Assembly (NCBI GenBank): GCA_010909165.1
Contig: MU008172.1
Location: 1 to 64,000 of the forward strand
Direction of reading: 5' to 3'
DNA length: 64,000 bases
From: Anthoceros angustus
Lineage: Eukaryota; Plantae; Anthocerotophyta
In this document: positions 1 through 12,174 of the stretch, in pieces
Layout of the letters: every line of letters begins with the position of its first letter
How positions within the stretch are numbered: position 1 is the first letter of the stretch
Program-made: the position numbers and the translations under genes
The notes under the pieces: generated by a model
Seen by the model: only the letters and a program-made list of their open reading frames with translations
Databases searched by the model: none
What the model was told of the DNA's origin: nothing

Positions 1-3000
1 CGATTTTTTTTGTTTTGGGTGTGTTAGAATAGCGAGTGCTTTGAGAATCGTGAGTCGGGTCTTTTATCGGAATGGTCCTTGGCCCTTGGAGATAATAATA
101 ATTTTTCGACCCTTAGGTTTGACCCGGAGGGGGGTAGAAATAGAGTCCTTGGGTATTGGGAATTTTTAGAATAAAAGGTGTCTATATATGCTAGGGATGC
201 TCACAATATATGCCAGTTGTGTAGTCAAGTGGGGTGGTGGCTAGTTCCACCACGGTGGCAGCAGGGCCTGGGGGAATTTACAACCCTAGTGGCGGGCGGG
301 ACTACCAGTCGGGCCTGGCAGGAGAAGGCACACCCGGCCGAGGTCGCGACTTTCGGGAGGCGGTCGGAGGCGGCTGCAGCAAGAAGGCGCGCAGCCTTGA
401 GCCAAATCAACATCTCGTCTGCGGGGAGGGGCAGAGACCACCGCATCCGCGACTCGTCCACGCATCCGCCACCCGAGACAACATCACCACGGCTCTAGCA
501 CGGCTACCACATGCCCACATCCCAAACCGCCCCGACTTCAAACCGATGTACCACCGCCCGGTTCTCCACAGCCATTGCAACCCACTTCCCTAATATACGC
601 CTCAACCTATAGCATCACCTCATGGGCAAAAACCCACAGTCGGACCATCTCCAACAACCTCGTAGCACAATGGACTAAAAGGAAGGAAAAGCCCGGCGGT
701 TGAAGTGCAGACTTGCACAAAGAAGGAACCACATCCCAAGCAACGTGGAAAAAAATCACAACACACGATCGGTCGTCGCCATTGTAGGTCCAGAAGCCTT
801 AAGCTTCAAAGGTGCACCCTCCCTCCCGGGTAACCACTCGCCTTCGAGCAGGCACGAACCAATCCATAAGAACATCCGAGCACGCACACACAAATGGCGA
901 TTTGAATGCAATATGGAGGATGCCTAAAGCGCTTCTAAGCAGGCGGACATTTGACATAAGAACCAACATGGCATGAACGGGACCGCTCCCATCGGACGTA
1001 TCCTACAAAGACCACTTGCACCATGCCCTTCGAACCAAACAAGGTTCTTAGAAGCGCACTAGGAAGAACATGAACCACCACATGTCGGGCCCGTCAAACT
1101 AAATTGAAGACCACCGTGCATCACCGAGGTGTCGAGTGGATTATATGCTTGACATATGAGTTGGGACCGATCCGCTTTGTGTCCTTGGTGTTTGAAGAAG
1201 GCCGAGATGCCACCTCCCAAAATTGCACTATGGTGGCCTTCACGATTCACGGAGACAACGTCGCACCTTGTTCTCCTTCCACTCCACACAGTGTTTGCTC
1301 GAGCGCTCTGCCTCTCCGACCATCCAACGCCCGCTAATCGCTTTGGTGACACCAATGTGCTTTGCAGGTGTTGGAACCAAGTTAAACGGTCAATGGATTC
1401 GACAATATGAGGTTCCACAATGTATTCCGTGCTACATAGTGATGCCCACTTGTACATCTCTTAGATTCCGCAAGCCGTCCTCGGGTTACGCATTACAACG
1501 ACAAACAAGCATGCATCTTTGGCGTCGGAGGAGGGAGTCGAAAATCACGAAGGAGAGGAGCACGATGAAACCACTCCAAAATCTCGCGTCGACATGGACA
1601 CGAAAACATACATCATCTTCAAAACTCTTACATGTACCTTGGCCACTTGCTGCTTCCTTCCTTAAGCTGCACTCCTCACTTCCCAAGGTAGTTGCTACGA
1701 CCCGTTGCATTACCGCCACACGTACTCTCGTTGTGGAAGTTGAAGGAGGTGTTGGCACTTCCTCATTCCTCTTCTCCAACACAGGTGGTTCTTGTTGTGC
1801 CTCATCCTTCGGACTTGCCTCTCACCTTCGTTTGTTGGCTGCCCAATATCGTGGCTCGCGGTGACGCATCTTGCTCCTTGCTACTTTGAAGTCCTTGTAT
1901 ACACCTTCCTCTAGCATTTCTTTGCTGTCCATGCACACACACCTCAACGGCCACATGATCCGAGGCGGGAAAACTGCGCCCAACACGCAGCCAACAAACC
2001 CCATCACCTAAACCTAATTGAAGCGTCAACCTCCGTTGACTTTCATGATAACATGCCAGCACTGGTGGCCGCTTGACAACTTAGCCACTACCACGTTTTT
2101 GACCACCGTGCATACACCCGGGTATGTATCACGTTTTTTATAACTGCTATCTCTCCTATTATTTACATTATAATGTCCATTATAGCAGTTACGGTTCGGT
2201 CCCCAGCCAGCGGCGATACAATTAAATTAGAAGGCGATTCGTAGTAGCAGTTACGGTTAGCGAGGTTGGGCTCGGGTTGGTGAGCATGGATTAAGCGGGG
2301 ATTGGTTTGCCCGCTTGACATGAAGGGGGCGCACACATTTATGTGCACAAGCCACATTCATGCGCCCGCACGCCACCCGACTTGCGGGCGATTGGATGCC
2401 CCTTTATGGATGCCCCATCACCTTCCATTTTTATGTTGCTTCGACAAATGTCATTTCGCATAGGGTATTACGACTACTTATTTTTATTGTATCGTGAAAA
2501 CATATTGACGTATTTGAATGTATGGGGATTGTATGTACGATGATGGTGTGTATTGTTATTACATGGCATACCATGTAGAATAAAAGCATTAATTCCGAGC
2601 ATTTGTAAATCGTTGTATCATGTTTTATGGCCCAGGCACCATAAGCCATATGCATATGGCTATCTAATCGTCGAGGTATTTGGCTTTGTCGCTCGGATGC
2701 GTTGCGGCCTTTGGCCTTTTCCCGCGACCTTCTACACACATCGGTGCCTTGCGTTTATCGGCCGTCTTTCTGTGCATGATCCCGGCTTTGCGAAGGATGG
2801 TTCTCCGCATCGGACACCAAACAGCGATGATCCCAAAAAGTGACCAATCACGAACACCAATCTTACACAAACCGATGACCCGCTTGCTTTTCCCCGCCCG
2901 TCTTTCCTTTCGGGAAGCTGCCACAGCCCTTGTTACTACTTCCATATGTGGGGCCACCCCTTTCGTCGGCGAATTTCCCTTCCCTTGCGGTTTGGGTCTC

Positions 3001-4300
3001 ACGGGTTCTTCACAGGTGTGCACTTTCGTCCGAATCACTCCCATCATCAACCGACCTACCTCCATCTCCTGCGGCGTCTTCCTCATGACCCTCCTCTTCC
3101 TCAGTCTCGGCTTCCCCTGCGTTCTCATCCTCCTCGTCCTCTTCCCCATTGTCCTCTTCCTCATCCTCTTCTTCCCTTCTCTTTCCCCTTCTTGCCCATC
3201 TTCCCCTCGCATCCCCATTCTCGTCCAGCATTGTTGTCGTCCTCGGAGGCGTCTTCGTCACTTGACATATGGTCCTCAAACACACCATTACCTCCTTCTT
3301 GATCCTCCTCCCACTATCACGTCATCGTCCTACATGTTCCCGTCCGATCTCGTATATCCATCGATGTTTGGCGGGTCATATTTCCGCTTCCTTCCCTCCT
3401 TCTTAGCTCTGCGTGAGAAATCCTTCCACCGACCTCCTCCTCACCTGCATGTTCGGTTATGTTTTCATAGGGGGAGAGCCCCAAATTCAAGCTCCTCGAT
3501 CGTTGGATCCCTCCCATGCTTCTGGAACTTGTAGATCCATCCCTTCTTCCCACAAAGCCATCTTGGTTAGGCCCTCGCCATCCGCCTTCATGAGTCTTGC
3601 CTTTGCGGCTAGTTGAGCTTTGAGGGCAAAAGTTGCCATGTTGTCGAGTTCAACCCGTGCCCATGTAAGCACCTCTTGCCATACCTTGTCATCCGCCATG
3701 GGTGGCTTGAATTTTGAGGACCTGCTTTCCCTTTTTCCTCTAAGGCACAAGCCTTGGTCAAGGCCTACATACCGCTGGTTCCGACTCCTTGTATGTTGGC
3801 TAAAAATGGGCCCGCCTTCATCAAGTCCGAACCGTGCACACATTCGTGCATAATGTCTTCCTCCTCGACTTTGACAACTTGCTCCACCTACCTGGTATCT
3901 CGTTGGTAGCCTTTGTCCGAATGAGTTCCAAGAATTCCTTGTGTCTTGGAGCTGTCAAGGCCCCGAATAGCAACTCATTCACCTTGCCAATGCCTCCTGC
4001 CCCTCCTTCCACTTCCTCATCCCGGGAGGTTCGCGTTGCCACGGGTGCCATGGGCTGGGCCAGTGTGGAACGTAAAAGTTTGGGCAACCAGTCCAAATTA
4101 GCCAAAAGACGAACAAGTTTGTTTTTTTTTTGCTAGGAACGATTGAAGAGGAGCATGCCAGGAAAACTTCTGAGAATCTTGAAGCTGGAGTTGTAGGATA
4201 TTGTTAGGAAGTGAAGAGGATATCCCAGAAGAAGAACGGGTCGAAACGACCCCGACGAGGCAGGAGGCACCAAAGGTTGGTAGGTGACTACCACCGTGCC
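1..4300. mobile_element. Degenerate transposon-like sequence, family not identified (fragmented ORFs incl. an acidic minus-strand ORF at 3010-3288)
   Basis: Only short broken ORFs and no host-gene exon structure; one ACTACC motif (~301) like those in the adjacent Gypsy-like segment; no diagnostic domain recognised. Confidence 0.3.
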
Positions 4301-7300
4301 GCCACACGCCGTAGGTGAAAAGGAGCGTCATGTAAGTCGCGCATCACCGCGGTAGTGACAATCTCGCCAAAAAGGAAATTTAGAATAGAGGGGATATCCA
4401 CTATATATGCTCACCAATAGGGAATAAATATATAGGTTAATTAGGGATAGCGCAGATAGGAAAATAGGTAGATAGATTAGGATTTTGGAATGATGAACCA
4501 ATCTAGGGTTGTGCACGTGGCGTATCCAAAGAGGCAAAGTGCGCTTGGGCCAACTTCCTTCGACTGAGAGCTCAGAGAGTCGAGACCGTGCTGGAGCGAA
4601 GAGCAAGAGGAAGGAGAAAGCCGCCATCGCCACCGCTCGAGCCGAGGAGGAGAGCCGGGCGCGATCGAGAAAGGAGAAACCCTAGCGAGAGAAAAAGGAG
4701 GAGCGTGAAGGAGAGCCTGACGGTGGAAGAGAGAGGGCACATGGAGGAAAGTCAAGCCAAGGCGGAGGCGCGAGTTGGGAGAGCGCACAAGGTAAGAAAT
4801 TGAGAGTGAAGAGCACGACCACCATGCCACGCGCCTCAAGAGAAGCGAGGAATTGACAAAGACGCGCCACCGAGCCAACGTGGAATTGTGGTGTTTACCC
4901 TCAAGGAGAAGGTGTTGGAGCGAGCCAAAGGAGTAATTCCTTCCAAGCACTTGAAGGAAGCCACCGCCATGCCTCGAGCTGGGAAAGGCAAGGGAAGGAG
5001 CCACCGCCAAGGGCTTCCTCGCGAGGAGGAAAGGAAGAAGGCTAGAGGGCCCGCTGTGGGGTGAGCTGAGATGCCCCAATTCACTTGTTTTTGTGCTCAA
5101 CCCCGATTTAGTGATTTTCGCAAGGGGAGGATAACATCCAATTGGGATGGGTGTATGGCCGCCAATGGGCCTACACAATAATTTGGAATTGATTGAGGAG
5201 TGTTACATCAACCTCCATCAATCGAGGCAGCCTTGCCGCAGAGGAATGCTCGAACGATCCACCGCTGGACCCAAGGAGCATTCGGCTGTGTATGGAAGAC
5301 CGGAGGAAGGAGAGCTCGAATTGCTCTCCGAAAGGTCGAATGGAGGAAGAGGACCTCTCCGATATCCCGCAGGAGTTCCTCGACATGATGGATGGAGGAG
5401 TGAAGGCCCACGCCAAGAATGGCTGGAAGAGAGAGCATCAAGGAGTCAAGTGGAGGCTCTTCGCAAAGATTGTGCTGGGGTTGGTAAATTACCAACGACT
5501 TTATTTCAAAGCACCAACTTCCTCCAATTTTGTGGAAGATTTCCATGGAGCCAAGCCGATTGGGGACATCATGTATGAGGCCTACATCCACCACCGAGAA
5601 GCTCCTCAAGCCAAATTCGTGGATGAGGAAGGGCCAAGGCCATGCTACCTTAGCACCTATTTGCATTTATGGGAAACCGAGGGACTTCTCACAAGCAAGG
5701 AGCTTGAAGATGCATGGCATCCTTTGAGGTCATCCACCTCCAGCCGTTTGGAAAGGCCTTTGCCTTTTGCATTGCGGAAGATGGGAGGTCGACTCCACAA
5801 TGCTAGGGCAAGAGGAGAAGAGGAGGCAACTTGCCGAGTGGGAATCTTTTCCCCACAAGAGCAAGCAAGAGAAGAGAAGAAGGCCAAGAGGAAGGCCAAT
5901 GGTAGTCTATGAGGAGAACTACACCGGGTGGGGGAGTCCCCACCATCTCATTTGTGCCTAGAAGAGGCACTCCTCACTCCCTGAGGCGCCACCCAAGGGG
6001 GTGCACTCAGGGCGCCACCATGGTAGGTAGGCACTACCGCTGGGGGAGCAGCACCGCTGTAGGGTGGCACCCACGCCAAGGTGCAGCCCACGGGCGGTGG
6101 AAGGGAAGGAGAACATGGCGGCGCCGAGGCCACCATCTCCGCGCTGGAGGAGGAGCGATGGAGCGACTGAGGGACCCACGTGATGGCCCGAGTGGAGAGC
6201 TGGAAATTTCCAAAGAAGGGGGTGGAATTAGGACCCCTAGGAGAATTGCTGAGTGCTTGTGAAGCACTCAGCCATGTGGATTTGAAGGGGCTAGGGAGCT
6301 AGCAGCCTCCTTGTGGGCATGCCAAGAGGAAGTGAAAGCCCAAGACATGGCCGGGAGGAAGGCAGGGACCAAATGGCAATTGGAAGCCATGGAGTCCGAC
6401 GAGAAGGCAGCCAAGTTGGAGAAGGCTGTAGAGAAGCTCCAGCGCGACCTTATGGATCAGCGGCGCGCGGAGAAGGTCCTGGAGGGAAGGTTGTCACAAT
6501 CAAGAAAGAGCCATTCGCAACAACCCAAAGGATTCATGGAGGCAAAAGGCGAGGAGCATTTTGCCCAATTAGAGCAAGAAGAGCAAGGGAGGCACTAGGA
6601 AGGAGAAGGTAGCGTCCAAAGAATGGACGCCAAGAAGAAGTGATGGCTACCAAGCCATCAAGATCCGGACATGAAGGAAGAGTTGAGAAGACCCGTTAAT
6701 TTGAAGAGAAGCGCCGAGCTGAAATCAAGAAGAGTGAGCCGGAGCGGAGTGCTTGGCAAGCGGGGAGAGGGGGCTTGCCCAACAATGGACTGAAGGAAAA
6801 AGGTTCCAGAGGAGGAGTACCACAAGAAGGTGGTGCATGAATGCCGGTAGAGGAAGCGGATTTTGGCATTATGCCCTTCGTGCAAAATTGGCCAAACAAG
6901 CAAGGGAGGAGAATGTAACCTCCATGTCAAGGTGGGAGAATTGACCACCAAGAGATGCCTACAAGGTAGGTGTGAGGATGGCCCACTGAGATTGATGATC
7001 TCCAAATGCAATATAGCTTGGGGCTCACCTCCACAACAGATTTTGAAGGCCAACAATGATCTTGCTTGGCCAAGAGGAGGACATTGGGTCCTCATGATGA
7101 TGACAGAAGGAGCCAACAGTGCAGCCGAGGCCTCCGATTTTGATGAGGCCATCAAAATGGACTCCGAGGAACTGAGGAGTCGAGGAAGGAGGCCGAGCGC
7201 CAAAGGAAGATGGCGGAGAGCAAGGAGGGGGCCGCCCTGGGGTCACTCACCACGGTGACCACGTACTACCGTGGGTAGACACACACGCCGTAGTCCGCTG

Positions 7301-8250
7301 ATCACCGCAGCCCGGGCGAGATCTGGGAGTCGGGCCCGGGCCCGAGGGATGAAGGAGCCGGGGTCCGGAGTATACCCGGAGGAAGAGTGGTGGGGAGACA
7401 ACCCCACCGAGGAGAGGGACGGGTCCACCCGCTGAGGAAGAAGGAGGTGAGAAGTTCCCTCCCACGAGCAAGGGAAGGGCCAGCCGAGAGGAGACCAACA
7501 AAAAAGGCCCGGAGATTAGTAAATCACGATGGGGAAGAACTTTGAAGATGCTCCATGATAGGTATGGACAAATCAAACAAAGAAAGGAGCAATGGATCTC
7601 GACCCAAGACATCACCGATGGAGGAAGAAGAAGGAGAGAAGGGCGACTACCATGGTAGTCACACCCGTAGTCCGCCGACTACCGCGTAGGGTGCGATGAA
7701 CGGGCGCCACCAGCGCGGAGGCTGGAGAAAAGGCGCCAGGTGCGCGGAGGGGCGCGATTGCCGGAGATGAGGAATCAGGGCGCCGCCCGCTGGAGATGGA
7801 GGAAGGGAAGATTGTACTTGCCCCACACATTAGGAAGGCGACAAGATCCGGGAAGCAAGGAGGCGAGGGAGCCAATCCACAACGCATGTCACCACCCAAA
7901 TAGGTGAAGACTAGAATGGTCAATGACCATAAATGAGCTAGGAATGGGAAGGATAGGTGTAGATGACATCCTTTAAGGATGATCTTAGGTGAAGTTACTA
8001 GAATAGAATTTACCAAGGATCGCATAATAGATTTAGGTGCCGCATTAAATGTCAAGTGTAGGAAATAATAGAATTGGAAAAGGTGACCGCAGAGGGTCAC
8101 CTAAGGGAGGTTGTATGTGGAAGGCCTCCTATAAGAGGAGGAGGATTTCACAAAGTAAAGTATCATGTCTTGCGCCCACTCATCGAGTCCTTTGCCATTA
8201 CAGAGGAATTTCGGCCGTGGAGCCAACGCAGTCTGTAGAGAGGAAGTCGC
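4300..8250 (+). mobile_element. 3' region of a Ty3/Gypsy-like (Athila/Tat-type) LTR retrotransposon ending in PPT and the first ~140 bp of the 3' LTR
   Basis: Hairpin aggtgacc-gcagag-ggtcacct (8081-8102), then purine tract aagggaggt (8103-8111), then TGTATG LTR start at 8112; frameshifted sense ORF upstream; recurring actacc/ggtagt motifs. Confidence 0.5.
5147..7258 (+). pseudogene. Frameshifted accessory (env-like / putative plant transposon protein) ORF of the Gypsy-like element
   Basis: Overlapping ORF pieces 5147-5578, 5193-5912, 6311-6598 (coiled-coil-like), 6863-7258; NLELIEECYIN resembles the LVREFYAN-type motif of plant retroelement accessory ORFs. Confidence 0.3.
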
Positions 8251-9252
8251 GGTGGTCTGAGTGCTTGGTGGAGGACTTGCTGCAAGTGCCTAAACGAGTT
8301 GCTCCCCTTGTGAATGGTTGCTGTGAAATTGCTTTGCTTTGGGTGTGTGGCAATGCCTGGAACTCCTTGAGAGGTAGACGTGAAAGACTGGAGGTTCTCA
8401 GGTGTCAAACTCATAGCAACCGCCCAAGGAAGAACTTGCTGGTGGAGGCCGACCCTGTGCAGCAGCCGTAAGGGCGAGTCAAACCAAGAAGCCCGAATCG
8501 AGGTTAGAATAGGAGGAAGAGGATGAGAAGATGAGTAGAGGATTAGAGGTGTAGGTGTTAGTGGAAGGCCACAGAGCCTAAGGGACGAATCCCAACTGCA
8601 AGTAAAAGAGCGCCCCGAGTGGAGAAGAGTGGTCTTAGAAGTAGGGACGAAATCGTGGACTGGGGTCCTCGGCGCCCGTGATAGGCTCACGCTAACAATT
8701 GTGTGGGTCGCTGTAGGTCGAGGATTGGTGATTTTTCAGCAAAGGCAAGGTGTGCTGAAGAGGGAGAGAGGGCGCCTTGCTTGTTTAGAAGGTCGAAGTT
8801 GTGTCACGCAGTAGCGATCGGCATCACTCGAACTTTCACACAAGTCTCATGGGACGAAACCCAACGCACGGGCGACAAAGTGGATAAGTGTGGCCGCTAG
8901 TGGGAGGATCTAAGCCCGGGTTTTCCACACCGTCAACCCACAACATTCCATGTTTTCTCACCAACTCAAGCAAGGCATTGTCCATGTGTCAATAAATCAA
9001 GGTGGCCCATTTCGCAATGTTAATGAGCCCCCGCCGCTACCGCAAAGCTCCGATGCATTGTGCAAGGCCCACATCAATTGGTCGATCAAGATTTCCTTCA
9101 AATGTGAATCCTACTTTGTCGGGTGGATATAGGTGAACGATGGGCGGCATTGTCGCCTCATGACTGCAGACGCCATTTGCAGAGTCCGCCTAAATCGTAC
9201 CGCCAAAGAGTCGCATCGCCTCATGGGCTTCCTCATGACCGGCCGCAGACAG

Positions 9253-9543
9253 TGCAGACAGACTGTCACTTGTTCTTGAAGAGTTTGGCTTGCTTCTAGC
9301 CCTCCATTGTGACAGAAAGCCATCCCAATGTGAGAGGAGGAGGCAAGTGTCTCATCACATTGAGAGCGAGGCTTGGAGGGTATTTATACCTCCAATAGGC
9401 TCCCTAGGAAGCTCCACAAGAAGCTCCTAGGAAGGAGCACAAGAAGCTTCCTAGTGATTAGCTTGCTAAACTAATGATACTTAATCGACACCCAACTTAG
9501 ACTAAGTGTATTAGTCTAAGTATTGGGCTTTAATACCCTTACA
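9253..9543 (-). repeat. Copia LTR copy 1 (right arm clean, left arm garbled)
   Basis: Ends ...aatacccttaca (TGTAAGGGTATT on minus) next to PPT at 9544; left limit approximate. Confidence 0.75.
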
Positions 9544-9564
9544 ACCTCCCACTTAAAGGCCAAT

Positions 9565-12174
9565 TTACCTTCAGAGAGAATGGACTATCTCATGCCCATC
9601 GTGTCCGAGCTTGTGCAAATTGTCGAGAGAGTCCCTTGGTAAGAATATCATAGGTTCGCCGGTGTGAACCTTGACAAGTTGTACCCTTGTCATCCAACAC
9701 CTCTCGAATGAAGTGATATCACATCCACATGTTTAGTCTTCGCATGAAACATCGGATTCTTTGCCAATTGATAGCACTGCTATCACAATGCAACACCGGC
9801 ATCAACCTTGATCCCCAAGTCTCCCACTAAACGAGCAAGCCATATGGCTTCCTTGCAAGCCTCGCCGCAACATACCGCGTGGTAGATAGCGAATGCACGA
9901 TCGCAAACGAGATCGCCATGAGATCGCCTCTCCAAAGGCACGTGAAGACATAACTCGATGTGGACCTCCTTTTGTCCATATCCTCGATAATCAAGATCTG
10001 GTACCCAACCACATGCATCTTCACTACCAAAACATATGCACAAAGCTTTTGTACCATTCAGACTCATAACTCCTTTTATCGCCTCCCAATGCTTCTTGCC
10101 GTGGTTTGACATAAACTCGCTAACCACTCCCACCGCAAAGGCAATGTCGTGACGTAGCAATCATTGCATACATCAAACTCCCTACGATGAGTATGGGACC
10201 TTCTCCATTTCATTTTGTCCTCCTCGTAGCTTGGGCAATCCGCGCTTGAAAGTTTCACATATGGAGGCAATGGAGTACCCAATGGCTTCCCTTCCATGTT
10301 GAAACGCTGAAGCACTCGTTAATGTATTCCGTCTGAGATAAATAAAGCACTCGATGCTTTGTAGGATGGTTTCTTTCTGCACTATAGCTCCTCGAACTCG
10401 TCATCAATGTTCTTTATTAGGAGATCATAAGATGAATCGCAGACACCGCCGCCCAAAACCCATTAGGCAATCCGTAGTTTGACAACAACCACGATCCTCT
10501 CCTCGAATGGTTCGTTTCATCCGCCCACACCATTTTGTGGAGGAGTATACGGCGCATAATTTCTTTGATTCCTTGGAATCACGTAATGACGAAAGCTAAA
10601 CATACTCGCCACCATTATCCGCCCTTAGACACTTCAATCGGTGGCTGACCGATTCTCTACAAGGGTGACAAATTTCAAACACCGCCGAACTTCATCCTTT
10701 TCCTCAAAGGATAAACCCACACCTTGCGTGAGAAATCATCTATGAAAGTGACAAATAGAGGCACCGCCTAATGATGCAGAGGCATAGGTCCACATACATC
10801 ACCGTGAACCAACTCAAGAGGTTTACTTACTTTTACCTCTTGTTCGATGTGATGATTTTGTCTGCTTCCCATATAAACAAAGGCTCACACATCGAGAGAT
10901 CGAGAAGTTAAGAACAGGATATAACCGTAACGATAAAACCTTCATTCCCTTCTCGAGACATATGTCCTAACCGCAATGCCACAAGGAAACATTTGCTGCT
11001 CGATCACATGATCTTTGACAGTTTACCAAGTGAGTACAAAGTGCCACACTTCGATCCACGAGCTAACACAAGAGAACCTTTGAGATCTTCCAAGAGTGAT
11101 CCCCAAACCAAGAAGTAAACAGATCATCCAACCGCCCCGCGCTAATCATGCTCTTGTCAACTTCGAACATGCCTAACGCCCCTTCAAAGATGAATGAAGA
11201 TCCGTTGTCAAACTTGAGTTGCACATCACACGCCCGCGATCCGCATGCATAGTTATTTCCAACGATCCTTTCCTTGTAGCATCATACGTGTTAAACCACT
11301 CTATGAGGAGTAACATGGAAAGATGCACCGAGTCAATTATCCAATTGCGTAATAAATGACTATCCACGGCCGTTAATTGTGCAAGATTCAAGTAAGAAGA
11401 GATAAGGACATCTCCCCCTCAACAGTTTAACTCTTCCAACTCGATGGTCGCCTTGTCGCCCCGCTTCTTCTCTTTTCCTTGGTCCTTTTGAACTTCTCGC
11501 ACTTCTGAAGTGACCCTTTTGTGACAATAGTGATCCACATTCTTGTTACGACTACTAGATTTGCTACGAGAAGCTTCGTCCGTTGCTTCCCTTCAGGGAC
11601 CTCCCTCTCACTATGAGGGCACCGGAACCTTGGAAGGTTCCATGTTTTTCCTGCTCACCTCCTCGCCAGCTACCTTCTACATTTACAATGGTAAGACCAC
11701 TAGGTAAGGCTTACTCGGCAAGGTATCCCAACTCTCCGTAATGTGACCAGTAAACATAGCTCTCACTAACTGGGAACGTGATACCTTGAGATGAGAGCTG
11801 GCTGAAAATGGTATTGAAATCATTCGATGATCGGACATCCTCGTCCCTTCCTTCATCTTCAAGTCCACCAATGCTTCAACCAATACACCCGAGAAGCCGC
11901 ACTTTGCTTCTCATACAGTGTCACATACCGCCACCAGAACTCGTGGTCTTATCTTTCACATTGAAGTACACGCTTTTGACAATGTTAGCATGATAGTAGA
12001 TCTAGCAAGCTCATCCAGTCCGCCACTCATCTGTCATACTATCCGTTTGACGCCTAACAACTTTATGGGCTTGATCCGCGACTAGAACATTATACACTTG
12101 TTCTTTCCGTAACGGAAGTTAGTACCATCTAACTTCTCGATATTGAACATGACGCTCGATGATGAAGACATCAT
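9565..12174 (-). pseudogene. Copia gag-pol remnant, unit 1 (gag-PR-INT-[RT core deleted]-RT tail-RNase H)
   Basis: ORF pieces 9783-10160, 10076-10315, 11683-11883; gag start atgatgtcttcatcatcg at 12174; many frameshifts. Confidence 0.85.

Noticed and set aside
2680-3534. 284-aa hydrophobic plus-strand ORF as a membrane protein
   Set aside because: Hydrophobic stretch is the antisense of a GAG/GAA-rich acidic tract
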